From an uncultured Verrucomicrobiae bacterium (GTDB lineage Bacteria > Verrucomicrobiota > Verrucomicrobiia > Chthoniobacterales > Chthoniobacteraceae): a stretch of 64,000 bases of DNA. The stretch spans positions 224,001 through 288,000 of the forward strand of contig CAVYKI010000012.1 in the NCBI GenBank assembly GCA_963769025.1, given 5' to 3'. A program made the translations under genes and the position numbers. The notes under the pieces are model-generated. The model was not told where the DNA came from, ran no database searches, and was given only the letters and a program-made list of their open reading frames with translations. The first letter of the stretch is position 1, and every line of letters begins with the position of its first letter. This document shows positions 34,028 through 44,275 of this stretch, piece by piece.

Positions 34028-34900
34028 ATGTCCATCTCCGTCCATTCCCGCTCCGAGGCGCTCATCGAGGCGCTGCCGTACATCCAGAAATTCCGCGGCA
34101 AGCTTTTCGTCATCAAGTACGGCGGAAGCGCGATGGAGGACGACGCGGTCATCGACCGGTTGCTCCGCGACATCGTCCTGCTCGAGGCGGTCGGCATCAA
34201 TCCCGTCGTGATCCACGGCGGCGGAAAGGCGATTTCACAGCGCATGCGCGACGCGGGACAGAAGCCGCGGTTCGTCAACGGCCTGCGCGTCACGGATGCC
34301 GAGTCGATCGCCATCGTCGAGAGCGTGCTGGATGGCATCATCAACCCCGACATCGCCGCGCGCATCGTGAAGTTCGGCGGACGCGCCGAAGGCATCCACG
34401 GAAAGACAGTCCTCGTCGGAAAAAAATTGCCGCTGCAAAGCGAAGGCTCGGAGAAGGTGGACCTCGGTTTTGTCGGCGAGGTCACGGACGTGCGCACAGC
34501 GCCGATCGAAGATGTCGTGCATCGTGAAGTCGTCCCGGTGATCAGCCCGCTCGCGCGCGACGACGCGGGCGTGGTTTACAACATCAACGCCGACATCGCC
34601 GCGGCTGGCGTCGCAGGCCGGCTGAAGGCGGCAAAAATGATCTACGTGAGCGACGTGCCAGGCCTCATGCGCGATCCGAACGTGCGCGAGTCACTCATTC
34701 CGAGCGTCACGCTCGCACAGATCGAAAAGCTCATCGCCGACGGCGTGATCACCGGCGGCATGATCCCGAAGGTCGAAAGCGCCGCGCGCGCACTCCGGCA
34801 GGGCGTGGAGAAGGTCCATTTCATCGACGGACGCACGCCTCATGCACTGCTGGTCGAGGTGTTCAGCAACAAGGGTGTCGGCACCGAGATCACGGCGTGA
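34028..34900 (+). CDS. argB: Acetylglutamate kinase
   Basis: VIKYGG, HGGG, GLRVTD, NINAD, GGMIPK. Confidence 0.96.
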   Translation: MSISVHSRSEALIEALPYIQKFRGKLFVIKYGGSAMEDDAVIDRLLRDIVLLEAVGINPVVIHGGGKAISQRMRDAGQKPRFVNGLRVTDAESIAIVESVLDGIINPDIAARIVKFGGRAEGIHGKTVLVGKKLPLQSEGSEKVDLGFVGEVTDVRTAPIEDVVHREVVPVISPLARDDAGVVYNINADIAAAGVAGRLKAAKMIYVSDVPGLMRDPNVRESLIPSVTLAQIEKLIADGVITGGMIPKVESAARALRQGVEKVHFIDGRTPHALLVEVFSNKGVGTEITA

Positions 34901-34934
34901 GGTGTCGGCCCGCGCCGCGCTGTTGCGTGCGCGG

Positions 34935-36068
34935 CTACGCGTGGAACTCGGCGATCTTCGCGATGACGTAGTCGATCTGCTCGCCCGCGAGCTCGGGGTA
35001 AATCGGCAGCGCGAGTGTTTGGCGTGCCGCGCGCTCGCTCTCCGGGAAATCGCCCTCGCGATAGCCGAGATCGCGGAAGCATTCCTGCATGTGGAGCGGC
35101 AGCGGGTAGTAAATCTCGGAGCCGATTCCCGAATCGGTGAGGTGCTTCTTCAGCGCGTCGCGCTTCGTCGAGCGGATGATGAACTGGTTGTAGATGTGGT
35201 GATTTTCCGTCCGGGTTCCGCTCCACGGTTCGACGGGCAGTCCGAGCACCTCGTCGAGGCCGCGCGCGATGAACCCTTCGCGGTACCGCGCCGCATTTTT
35301 CCGGCGGCCCTCGCCCCACGTGTCGAGGTGCGGAAGCTTCACGGAGAGCACTGCGCTTTGGATCGCATCGATGCGGAAGTTGCCGCCGATCCACTTGTGA
35401 AAATAGCGCGGCTCCATCCCGTGATTCCTCAGCGCGCGGATTTTCGCCGCGAGCGCACCGTCAGCACACGTGACCATGCCCGCGTCGCCGAATGCGCCGA
35501 GATTCTTCGTCGGATAGAACGAAAACCATCCCGCGTCACCGATGGCTCCCGCGCCGCCGAGCGGATGCCGCGCACCAAGCGCCTGCGCGGCGTCCTCGAG
35601 CACCGGAACGCCGTACTTTTTTCCGAGCGCGAGAATCGCCGCCATGTCTGCGCAGCAGCCGAACAGATGCACGGGGATGATGGCCTTTGCCCCGGGATTC
35701 TTCCGCAAGGCTTCTTCGAGCGCGGCTGGCGAGATGTTGAAAGTCGCGGGGTCGATATCCGCGAACACAGGCCTCGCGCCGAGGCGGCTGACGCAGCCTG
35801 CCGTCGCAAAAAACGTGTACGGCGTGGTGATGACGACATCGCCCGGCCCGATGCCGAGCGCCATGAGCAGCACGAGCTGCGCGTCCGTCCCGGACGATAC
35901 CCCGATGCAGTGCTTTGCGCCGCAATACGCGGCGACCGCCTGTTCGAAGGCCTCCGTCTTCGGCCCGAGCACGAGCGCCTGGCTGTCGCACACGGCTTCG
36001 ATTTCGGCCATGATGCTGGCCTTGAGCGGAGCGTACTGGGCGCGGAGATCGAGGAGCGGAACCTGCAT
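34935..36068 (-). CDS. DegT/DnrJ/EryC1/StrS aminotransferase
   Basis: SSGTDA, EDAAQA, SFYPTKNLGAFGDAG, LALPIYPEL. Confidence 0.93.
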   Translation of the reverse strand: MQVPLLDLRAQYAPLKASIMAEIEAVCDSQALVLGPKTEAFEQAVAAYCGAKHCIGVSSGTDAQLVLLMALGIGPGDVVITTPYTFFATAGCVSRLGARPVFADIDPATFNISPAALEEALRKNPGAKAIIPVHLFGCCADMAAILALGKKYGVPVLEDAAQALGARHPLGGAGAIGDAGWFSFYPTKNLGAFGDAGMVTCADGALAAKIRALRNHGMEPRYFHKWIGGNFRIDAIQSAVLSVKLPHLDTWGEGRRKNAARYREGFIARGLDEVLGLPVEPWSGTRTENHHIYNQFIIRSTKRDALKKHLTDSGIGSEIYYPLPLHMQECFRDLGYREGDFPESERAARQTLALPIYPELAGEQIDYVIAKIAEFHA

Positions 36069-36123
36069 GGGAGCAGAATGGGAAACGGAGCGCGTGCGTC
36101 GAGCGCGGTTTTCGCGGAACGCG

Positions 36124-36441
36124 CTACGAAAGCGCGATGCTGCGTCCCGGCTCCATCTCGAAGTCCGCGATGAATTGCTCGGTCACATTCGGCGAGATCA
36201 CGTCGGCGAGGAACTTGATGTAGATGGAATCCTGCTGGACCAGTTTGAGCCGCTCGAGGTTGTCCACATCGATGGCGTAGAAGAAGTGCCAGGCCGACTG
36301 CGCATCCACATTTTTCCCGGAACGGACGCCAGCGACCTCGGGGATTTTCACCAGACTCATGCGGGCGGTGATCATCATCTGGTCGAGCTTCGCCTCATCC
36401 ACATGGGGAAGTACCTGAAATAACGCGACGTGGTGGATCAT
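36124..36441 (-). CDS. Dabb (stress-responsive A/B barrel) family protein
   Basis: MIHHVALF...L.KIPEV...G.N...ADF pattern. Confidence 0.7.
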   Translation of the reverse strand: MIHHVALFQVLPHVDEAKLDQMMITARMSLVKIPEVAGVRSGKNVDAQSAWHFFYAIDVDNLERLKLVQQDSIYIKFLADVISPNVTEQFIADFEMEPGRSIALS

Positions 36442-36507
36442 AAAAGAAACGACCCGGCGTTACCTCTGGAAGCGCCGGGTCGCAAGCTTGGTGTGATGAT
36501 TTCGGCG

Positions 36508-36882
36508 TTACCCCTTTTTCCAATCCAGCACGCCTTTGCGGATGGCGTAGACGTAGCCGACCGTCACGAGCGAGAGGAAGCCGGCCATGCTCCAGAAAAT
36601 GGTGGTCCCATGCGATTTCAGCATCGGCGCGAAATTCACCGCCCAAGGGTAGAGGAATACCACCTCGATGTCGAAGAGGATGAAGAGCATCGCGATGAGG
36701 TAGAACTTCACCGAGAACCGCGGCTGCGCCTCGCCCTGCGGCAGCATGCCGCACTCGTAGGCCGAGTCCTTTATCGCCGTGCGTTTCGCGGACTTGCCGA
36801 GAAGAACGCTGATCAAAAGCGCGCTGATGCCGAATCCAAGAACAATCCCGACTTGGAGCAGGATGGGTAGAAAGTCCTTCAC
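36508..36882 (-). CDS. nuoA: NADH-quinone oxidoreductase subunit A
   Basis: K.SAYECG, RFSVKFYLIAMLFILFDIEVVFLYPWA, KGVLDW. Confidence 0.95.
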   Translation of the reverse strand: MKDFLPILLQVGIVLGFGISALLISVLLGKSAKRTAIKDSAYECGMLPQGEAQPRFSVKFYLIAMLFILFDIEVVFLYPWAVNFAPMLKSHGTTIFWSMAGFLSLVTVGYVYAIRKGVLDWKKG

Positions 36883-36888
36883 CGTGGC

Positions 36889-37203
36889 TTAGATGGCGGG
36901 CGTGACGTTCGTCTCAAGCTTTGCGAGTTCCTTCGGGAGCCCCTTGTAGCTTTTCTTTCCATCCTTGCCGACAGTGATTTTCACCATTCCGCGGCCGACA
37001 AGGCTCTGGAGCTTCTCATACGCGCGAAGGCGGAGCATCTCTTCACCACCGCTGGCGGCATTCCGGGCCTTTAGATTTTCGTGAACCACATCGAAAAGAT
37101 CCTTGAACTCATATGCGGTTTTCCGGGAGAGCACGGCCGCGAGTTCCTCTGTCACCAAGTCGGGGAGACGACGGCTGAATGCTGGCTTTTTAGTGATGGA
37201 CAT
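36889..37203 (-). CDS. Small basic hypothetical protein
   Basis: 104-aa Lys/Arg-rich ORF ending 6 bp before nuoA. Confidence 0.75.
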   Translation of the reverse strand: MSITKKPAFSRRLPDLVTEELAAVLSRKTAYEFKDLFDVVHENLKARNAASGGEEMLRLRAYEKLQSLVGRGMVKITVGKDGKKSYKGLPKELAKLETNVTPAI

Positions 37204-37320
37204 AGGGTCGACACCCTAGCACATCTCCGCCTGCGAACGAGCGAAATTTTCGGCCGGCGCTGTGCTTGTATGCAAACCACTTGTCGGTAGTGCGTTACAT
37301 GGATAAATGCAGGCGCCGAT

Positions 37321-39087
37321 CTATTTATCAGCCGGGGCTCCTGCCCGTGCGGCAGGCGGCACCGGGGCGACCGACCTTCTCGCATACAGGGGCATTACGA
37401 GCGCACCCCCGATGGCAGGCATGTATGCTTGGATAAAGCTCAGCGATCCCGTGCAATCCATCTGCATCCCACCCTCGGTCTCCCCCCAGGCGATCATCAG
37501 CGGCAGCAAATGCCGGCTGACGGTCTCTGCCTTCGGCAGTTTCGATGCATCGAAATATTTCGCGGCCTCCGGATCGCCGAGCAATGCGTAGGCCGCCATC
37601 GGCTTCAGCTTTTCATAGAGCCGCTCGAAGAGTGTCTTCAGGTCGACGTACAGCACGGCCATCGCCGGCGACACGACCGTCTTCTGCGCAGTCTGGTAAT
37701 CCGGCCGCGACCCGACTTTTCCGCCATCGGCCTTCGCTTTCAAGAGCGACGCTTTCACGGTCGCGCCGTTCAGTCCGAACATGAAATGCTTGTCCGTCAT
37801 CGCAAATGTCGGCTGAAAAAAGCCGAGTTCCGCCGGAAAACTCCAGATCGTCGCCCCGTCCTCCTCTGTTTGCGCCGGTTTTTTCGAGTCGCTGAGTTCG
37901 CCGATCATCAAGTCCGCCAGTGCGCGCGCCTTCACCTTGTCGCGAATTTCGAGCGAGGCGAAAAACGTCGGCAAACTCAGGCCACCGCCCTCCCAATCTG
38001 AAAGCATGCTGAACTCCTGGCCAAATGCCGCGTAGATGTCCGCGATCTTCAGCCCCTTCTTCGCAAGCACCTTGGCGAGTTCCGCACCGAACGGTGATTT
38101 CTCGATGAGCTCTGCAGACTTCCCCATATCCCCGCCCGCCACCGCGATCTGGCTCGCAAAATACGCATACGTCGACGGCGAGGTGAATGCGGCCGAGCGG
38201 TTCGCCAACGGATCGAATTGGTAGCCCTTCGCGGCCCGGACGTAGATGCGATCCCGCATCAGGAGCCCGTCCATTTTTCCCGAGTAGAGGATCGATTCCA
38301 CCTCGTTCGGATTGCTCGGGACAATCTCCCCCGGATTCGTGAGCGCCACGAGCCCCTCGATTTTCTTCGCAATGGCAGCCCAGCGCACAAACACCGTCAT
38401 GTCCGGTGCCGCGGCGGAATGCGCGATGGTGCTTTTCCACAGCGCGTCGGAGGAGAGCGACGCCGGTGCACCCGGTTTGTTGATGTAGCGGCTCAGCGTC
38501 TTCTGCAGAAGATCGGTGTCGGTCGAAAACAGGAACCAGTTATCCCGGTAAGCCATCGAGAACGTGATGTCCTTGTCCTTCAGAGTCTCGATTTCCGTTC
38601 CCTCGTAGGTCGTCAGGTCGCCCGCCTTCGCCGCTGGAAATGCATCCATCACCTTCGTGCGAAAGCTCGAGACCACGGCCTGCACGTCGCTCTTCTTACC
38701 GCGGTAGGGAAAACCCCCGACCACCTTCGGCACCGGCCCATCGAACGACGTCGCCGCGAGGAACAACCCAGCCGGGTCCGCGCGCTCGATCTGATCGAAC
38801 ATCCCGCTGACCTGCTTCCACTCCGTGTTCTGCGCGGCGAATTCGCGCCACCTTGACGTGAATGCCTTCCATTCCGGCTCCTCGCTGATCTTGTGAATCG
38901 ACGTCTCCTTCCACCGCGCCTTCGACCGCGCGACGTCCGGGAACTCGATGAACACGATCGTATCCGCAGGCGCCAACTCCGCCGCGCGGCCGGATGTCGC
39001 ATCCGCCGACCCCTGCTTCTTCAGGAAAAATATCGCCGCCGCTGCGACCAGGGCGGCCACGACGACGATGGGGAGTGCCTTCTTCAT
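37321..39087 (-). CDS. Membrane-anchored periplasmic hypothetical protein (DUF3352-like)
   Basis: N-terminal TM segment, AELAPADT, two internally similar halves. Confidence 0.7.
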   Translation of the reverse strand: MKKALPIVVVAALVAAAAIFFLKKQGSADATSGRAAELAPADTIVFIEFPDVARSKARWKETSIHKISEEPEWKAFTSRWREFAAQNTEWKQVSGMFDQIERADPAGLFLAATSFDGPVPKVVGGFPYRGKKSDVQAVVSSFRTKVMDAFPAAKAGDLTTYEGTEIETLKDKDITFSMAYRDNWFLFSTDTDLLQKTLSRYINKPGAPASLSSDALWKSTIAHSAAAPDMTVFVRWAAIAKKIEGLVALTNPGEIVPSNPNEVESILYSGKMDGLLMRDRIYVRAAKGYQFDPLANRSAAFTSPSTYAYFASQIAVAGGDMGKSAELIEKSPFGAELAKVLAKKGLKIADIYAAFGQEFSMLSDWEGGGLSLPTFFASLEIRDKVKARALADLMIGELSDSKKPAQTEEDGATIWSFPAELGFFQPTFAMTDKHFMFGLNGATVKASLLKAKADGGKVGSRPDYQTAQKTVVSPAMAVLYVDLKTLFERLYEKLKPMAAYALLGDPEAAKYFDASKLPKAETVSRHLLPLMIAWGETEGGMQMDCTGSLSFIQAYMPAIGGALVMPLYARRSVAPVPPAARAGAPADK

Positions 39088-39128
39088 GCAGCCTTCAACA
39101 CCCGCGCGGGACCGTCTTAAAGAAAAAT

Positions 39129-39701
39129 CTACGGTTCCTCGATCCGGCCCTTCGCCCTCAATCCCCGCTCACCCAATTCGAACACCTCCAGGCTCACTTT
39201 CGCCGCCGGGCTTCTCCATGCGTCGAGGATCATCGGCGCGTATTCGGAAAAATCCACCGCAACGCCCGGAAACACAAAAACCGTCTGCCGGTTGGGAATC
39301 ACCACCATCACCGTCGGCCCGAAAACGTCCTCGAACTGCTTCAGGAATTCCGGCGCAAACACCGTCCCGGAAACCGGGAACTTGTCCGAGCGCAACACCG
39401 CGTACTCCACCACTTTTTTCCGGTCCCGCACGAACTCCACCTTCACATGCCGCAGCCAGTCCGACGCGAACCTCGCCGTCACCCGCCGCACGGTCTCCTC
39501 GTTCAGGCCGCCGGCATGCCAGGCCGCGACAGTCGCAAACTCGACGCCCGACTCGCCCATCCTCGCCGGTGCCAGCACCGTGCTCTTCGCGCCGCTCACG
39601 GGAAACGAAACCTCGTGCGCCATGAAGCGCGGTTCCAGCAGGAAAAACCAATCGCTCGCCGCCCCCTCGCACGCGAGCAGCAGCACCGAAAACAGGGCCA
39701 T
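39129..39701 (-). CDS. Exported hypothetical protein (start uncertain)
   Basis: Globular-looking ORF portion divergent from ruvA; ends SLEVFEL...G.I. Confidence 0.6.
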   Translation of the reverse strand: MALFSVLLLACEGAASDWFFLLEPRFMAHEVSFPVSGAKSTVLAPARMGESGVEFATVAAWHAGGLNEETVRRVTARFASDWLRHVKVEFVRDRKKVVEYAVLRSDKFPVSGTVFAPEFLKQFEDVFGPTVMVVIPNRQTVFVFPGVAVDFSEYAPMILDAWRSPAAKVSLEVFELGERGLRAKGRIEEP

Positions 39702-39752
39702 CACCACGCGAATCGCTTCCCGATTTCGCGACGGCCTGCTACCGCTCCGCGC

Positions 39753-40355
39753 ATGATCACGCACCTCTCCGGCACGCTCGTTGACGCGCTCCCCACGCAT
39801 ATCGTCATGGATGTCGGCGGGATTGGTTATCACGTGCTCATTCCTCTTTCGAGCTACGACAGGCTCCCCGCCACCGGCACGCAACTCAAAATCCTCACCC
39901 ACCTCGCCATCCGCGAAGACGCGCACGTCCTCTACGGCTTCATGTCCGCCGCCGAACGCGACCTTTTCCGGCTCCTCATCCAGCACGTCAGCGGCATCGG
40001 GCCAAAGACCGCGCTCGACGTGCTCAGCGGCACCACGGTTTCCAATTTCAAGGCGTGCGTGGTCGCCGGCGACATCGCCGCGCTCTCGAAGACCAAAGGC
40101 ATCGGGAAGAAAACCGCCGAGCGGATCATCGTCGAATTGAAGGACAAGGTCGGCATCGCCGCCGCGTGGGAAGCCGCGAGCGCCGGACACGCGCCATCCC
40201 CCGAGGAAAGCAAATGGAACGACGCCGTCCTCGCGCTCATCGCCCTCGGCTACAAACAGGTGGACGCCCACAAAGCAGTGAAACAAGCCGCCTCGAAATC
40301 CACGTCCGCCACCGTCGAGGAACTGATCACGGCCGGCCTCAAGCTCCTCCTGTAG
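39753..40355 (+). CDS. ruvA: Holliday junction branch migration protein RuvA
   Basis: MITHLSG, DVGGIGY, REDA..LYGF, VSGIGPK, GIGKKTAERIIVELKDK, ALIALGY. Confidence 0.96.
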   Translation: MITHLSGTLVDALPTHIVMDVGGIGYHVLIPLSSYDRLPATGTQLKILTHLAIREDAHVLYGFMSAAERDLFRLLIQHVSGIGPKTALDVLSGTTVSNFKACVVAGDIAALSKTKGIGKKTAERIIVELKDKVGIAAAWEAASAGHAPSPEESKWNDAVLALIALGYKQVDAHKAVKQAASKSTSATVEELITAGLKLLL

Positions 40356-40552
40356 CCGCCGACGGAAGGAGGCGGGCACTCTGAAACGGATGCCGGATGC
40401 CGCATATCCAACCGCAGGCGGGCGGGGCGGAAAATGTGGGACCGACGATTCGTCGGTCCGGCGCATGCGATGAAGAGCCGCGTCTAAAAAAACACGCCAG
40501 TGCCCTTGCGGTGCTCACACCGCAAGGCCCGACGAATCGTCGGCTCCACATT
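40352..40552. repeat. Composite REP cluster: GTAG REP plus GTGG-type inverted doublet
   Basis: GTAGCCGCCGACGGAAGGAGGCGGGC at 40352; AATGTGGGACCGACGATTCGTCGGTCC (40433-40459) and inverted copy (40526-40552). Confidence 0.8.
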
Positions 40553-41930
40553 CGCCCACGACCTCCACTAGCCCCCGCCAAAGCGCCTCCACCGCCAGCG
40601 CGATCTGCTCCTCGCTCACGCAGTACGGCGGCATCAACACCAGCACATCGCCGACACAACGCGTGATCAGCCCGTGCGCCCGCGCCGCCTCGCTCACGCG
40701 GTAACCCACGCGCCGCTCGACCGGAAACCGCCGCCGCGTCGCAAAATCCTCCACGATCTCGATCGCGCAAATCATCCCTTCGCACCGCACATCGCCCACA
40801 TTCGGATGCTCCCAAAACCGCTGCGCCATCCGCTCCATCACCGCCGCGCGCGCACACACATGCTCCATCGAGTGCTCGCCCTCCAGCAGCCGCAGGCTCG
40901 CCAGCGCCGCCGCGCATCCGAGGTGATTCCCGCTGTAGCTGTGCCCGTGGAAAAACGTGCGGAACTCCGAATACTCGCCGTCGAACGCCGCGAAAATCTC
41001 CCCGCTCGCGACCGTCGCCGCCAGCGGCAGATACCCGCCCGTGATCCCCTTCCCCAGCGCCAGCACATCCGGCGTCACGCCCTCATGGTGGCACGCAAAC
41101 ATCGCGCCCGTCCGGCCAAATCCCGTCATCACTTCATCGAGCATCAGCCACACGCCGCGCTCCCGACACAGCGCCGCGACGCGCGCGAGATAGCCGTGCG
41201 GATGCATCGTCATCCCCGCCGCGCCCTGCACGCGCGGCTCCATCACGAACGCACTCGCACTCTCGCCCGCCGCGTCCAGCGCGTTCGCCGCCTCGCCCGC
41301 GCATTCCCATTCGCACTTGCGTGAAAGCCGCGCATCCGTCCCGCGCTCCGGCGCCGCGCGATTGAACGGACACCGGTAGCACGCCGGCGACATCACCTCG
41401 CGGCTCTCGAACATCAGGGCGCGATACGTCCCGTGAAAAAGCGCGCTGTGCCCGAGACTCATCGCGCCCACGGTGTCGCCGTGATACCCCGCACCGAGCG
41501 AGAGAAACACGCGCCGCTGCTCCTCGCCGCGCTGCCGCCGCGCTTGGTGGATCATCTTCAGCCCCGCCTCCACCGCCGTGGATCCGTCGTCGGAAAAAAA
41601 CACGCGCCACCCCTCCGGCTCATCGCTGCCCGTGAACGCCCGCAACAGCTCGAACGCAAAACGCGGCGCGACCTCATTCGTCAGCCCGAGAAACGAAGTG
41701 TGCGCCACGCGCCCGAGCTGTTCGCGGATCGCCGCATCCATTTCCGCGCGCCGATGCCCGTGCAGGTTCGTCCAGATCGAGGAATTCCCGTCGAGATACT
41801 CCCGCCCCTGCGCATCGCGCAGCACCGCGCCCTCCGCCTCCACGATCACAAGCGACTCCCCGGCATTCCACTCGCGCATCTGCGTGAACGGATGCCACAC
41901 ATGCCTGCGGTCGAGTTCAGCGGGGTCCAT
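40515..41930 (-). CDS. bioA: Adenosylmethionine-8-amino-7-oxononanoate aminotransferase
   Basis: HVWHPFTQM, SDDGSTAVE, YHGDTVGAMS, DEVMTGFGRTG, KGITGGYLP, HGHSYSGN. Confidence 0.93.
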   Translation of the reverse strand: MDPAELDRRHVWHPFTQMREWNAGESLVIVEAEGAVLRDAQGREYLDGNSSIWTNLHGHRRAEMDAAIREQLGRVAHTSFLGLTNEVAPRFAFELLRAFTGSDEPEGWRVFFSDDGSTAVEAGLKMIHQARRQRGEEQRRVFLSLGAGYHGDTVGAMSLGHSALFHGTYRALMFESREVMSPACYRCPFNRAAPERGTDARLSRKCEWECAGEAANALDAAGESASAFVMEPRVQGAAGMTMHPHGYLARVAALCRERGVWLMLDEVMTGFGRTGAMFACHHEGVTPDVLALGKGITGGYLPLAATVASGEIFAAFDGEYSEFRTFFHGHSYSGNHLGCAAALASLRLLEGEHSMEHVCARAAVMERMAQRFWEHPNVGDVRCEGMICAIEIVEDFATRRRFPVERRVGYRVSEAARAHGLITRCVGDVLVLMPPYCVSEEQIALAVEALWRGLVEVVGECGADDSSGLAV

Positions 41931-42062
41931 CGTCGCCGCGATGAACACCCGCCGCGCGCCGCGACGCAAGCCTTGCAGGAAAGCAAAACCGTGTCGGGAA
42001 AATATTCGCGCCCTCGACGCGCGTGCTTGTGCCGATGCCACGCTTGCGATACGCGGGAACCG

Positions 42063-42713
42063 ATGGCTGAGCCAAGGTCCAACTCCGAAGCGGCGGATCG
42101 GCGTCCGCTCAAGTCACGGTCCTACCGCTGGGTGCAGAGTTTCGCTGCAGCGCTGGTGCGCGCGAAAATCACACCGAACGGCATCTCCATCTTCGGCGTG
42201 CTGCTCGCCATCCTCGCCTTCGCGATCCTCTGGATGATCACGCGCGGCTGGATCGCCGCATGGCTCGGCCTGCTCATCGCCGCCGCCTGCGTGCAAGGCC
42301 GACTCATGTGCAACATGATGGACGGCCTCGTCGCGGTGGAAGGCGGACAAAAATCCAAGGGCGGCGATCTCTTCAACGAAATCCCGGATCGCATCGAGGA
42401 CAGCCTGTTCCTCGCCGGAGCGGGACTGGCGTGCGGACACCTCGCGCTCGGCTGCGTCGCCGCACTGCTCGCCGTCTTCACCGCGTACGTCCGCGCATTT
42501 GCCGCGTCGCTCGGGCAGGGACAGGATTTCAGCGGCCCGCTCGCAAAGCCCCAGCGCATGTTTTTCCTCACCGTCGGACTGCTCGCCGCCGCGACGGGAT
42601 TGCTCTGCAATTTTACCGGCAACATCCTCGCATGGATGCTCGCCTTCATCGCAGCCGGCACCGCGCTCACGGCCGCGCGGCGCATCGTGCGGGCCTACCG
42701 TCGCTCGTCATGA
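42063..42713 (+). CDS. CDP-alcohol phosphatidyltransferase family protein (YnbA-like)
   Basis: NMMDGLVA.EGG....G..FNEIPDR.ED motif; GPLAKPQR. Confidence 0.88.
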   Translation: MAEPRSNSEAADRRPLKSRSYRWVQSFAAALVRAKITPNGISIFGVLLAILAFAILWMITRGWIAAWLGLLIAAACVQGRLMCNMMDGLVAVEGGQKSKGGDLFNEIPDRIEDSLFLAGAGLACGHLALGCVAALLAVFTAYVRAFAASLGQGQDFSGPLAKPQRMFFLTVGLLAAATGLLCNFTGNILAWMLAFIAAGTALTAARRIVRAYRRSS

Positions 42714-43309
42714 CGGCCTCCTGCATTGCGTGGTGTGCCCGAGTCCTCACCGGCGTGCGCGCGCGCTGGCAGGGCTGCGCGCCCGTCGCCGGGCAGCGCG
42801 TGTATTTTGCAAACCACACGAGCAACCTCGACTTCGTCCTGCTCTGGTCCGCGCTCCCCGGCGAACTGCGCCGCAAGACGCGCCCGGTCGCCGCGCGCGA
42901 CTATTGGAAAGGCGGCGTGCGCGAATGGCTCGCGGGAAGTGTCTTCCGCGCCGTGCTCATCGAGCGGAACATCGTCACGCGCGAAAGCAATCCGCTCACG
43001 CCGATGCTCGACGCGCTGACGGGCGGCGAGTCGCTGATCATTTTCCCCGAAGGCACGCGCAATCCCGACGGCGAGGTGAATCCATTCAAGCCCGGCCTCT
43101 TTCACATCGCGAAGGCGAAGCCCGAAGTCGCGCTCGTCCCCGTCTTCATCGAAAATCTGAACCGCGTCCTGCCCAAGGGTGAAATCCTCCCCGTGCCGAT
43201 GCTCTGCTCCGTCACCTTCGGCGAACCGCTGCGCCTCTCGGAAGGCGAACCCAAGCCGCAATTTCTCACCCGCGCCCGCGACGCCATGCTGAAGCTCCGC
43301 CCGTCATGA
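42710..43309 (+). CDS. Lysophospholipid acyltransferase (PlsC-like)
   Basis: ANHTSNLD (HX4D), FPEGTR. Confidence 0.92.
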   Translation: MTASCIAWCARVLTGVRARWQGCAPVAGQRVYFANHTSNLDFVLLWSALPGELRRKTRPVAARDYWKGGVREWLAGSVFRAVLIERNIVTRESNPLTPMLDALTGGESLIIFPEGTRNPDGEVNPFKPGLFHIAKAKPEVALVPVFIENLNRVLPKGEILPVPMLCSVTFGEPLRLSEGEPKPQFLTRARDAMLKLRPS

Positions 43310-44247
43310 ACCCGGATCGGGAAACCCTCTGGCTCATCGGCGGCGTGCTCGGGCTGCTCACCATCTCGAGCATCATCGGCGCAGTGCTCTCCATGCGCGT
43401 GAAGAGCGAGAGCGGACGCCGCGTCGTGGACAATCTCAACGCCCGCACGCGCGCATGGTGGCTCATGTGCGCGGTGCTCGGCGGCGCATTCGCGCTGGGG
43501 CGCACCGCGCTCGTCGTCATGTTTGCGATCATGTCGTTTCTCGCGCTGCGGGAATTCATCACGCTCACGCCCACGCGCCGCGCGGACCATCGCTCACTCT
43601 TCTGGTCGTTCTTCATCATCCTGCCGCTGCACTACTGGACGCTCGGCACCGCGTGGTACGGGCTCTTCGTGATCCTCATCCCGGTCTATGCGTTCCTTTT
43701 CATCCCCATGCGAAACGCACTCGCAGGCGACACCGAGCACTTCCTGGAGCGCACCGCGAAGACGCAGTGGGGCCTCATGCTCTGCGTCTATTGCGTGAGC
43801 TACGTCCCCGCGCTGCTCATGCTCGATGTCGCCGGCACGCGGTCTGGAAATGTGCGCCTCATCTTTTTCCTCGTCTGCATCGCCCAGCTTTCCGACGTGC
43901 TGCAATACGTGTGGGGAAAATTGTGCGGCAAGCATCCCGTCGCGCCCAAGCTCAGCCCGAACAAAACCATCGAGGGCCTCATCGGCGGCGGACTCTCCGC
44001 AGTCGGCGTCGGCGCGGCGCTGTGGTGGAGCACGCCGTTCACGCCGCTCCAGGCCGCGGGACTCGCCGCGGTGATCGTCGCGATGGGATTTTTCGGCGGC
44101 CTCGTGATGAGCGCGATCAAGCGCGACCGCGGCGTCAAGGACTACGGCGAACTCATCCCCGGCCACGGCGGCGTGCTGGATCGGATCGATTCGCTCTGCT
44201 TCGCCGCCCCGATGTTCTTCCACATCGTGCGCTGGCTGTGGACGTGA
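43306..44247 (+). CDS. Phosphatidate cytidylyltransferase (YnbB-like)
   Basis: LSPNKTIEG, SAIKRDRGVKD.G.LIPGHGGVLDRIDS. Confidence 0.93.
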   Translation: MNPDRETLWLIGGVLGLLTISSIIGAVLSMRVKSESGRRVVDNLNARTRAWWLMCAVLGGAFALGRTALVVMFAIMSFLALREFITLTPTRRADHRSLFWSFFIILPLHYWTLGTAWYGLFVILIPVYAFLFIPMRNALAGDTEHFLERTAKTQWGLMLCVYCVSYVPALLMLDVAGTRSGNVRLIFFLVCIAQLSDVLQYVWGKLCGKHPVAPKLSPNKTIEGLIGGGLSAVGVGAALWWSTPFTPLQAAGLAAVIVAMGFFGGLVMSAIKRDRGVKDYGELIPGHGGVLDRIDSLCFAAPMFFHIVRWLWT

Positions 44248-44275
44248 CCAAACCTCAACCCACGGAATAGCAACC

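Noticed and set aside
40515..41930. Isolated bioA with a Cys-containing insertion
   Set aside because: Scattered bio genes and a CYRCP loop occur in many BioA proteins, so this is not distinctive.
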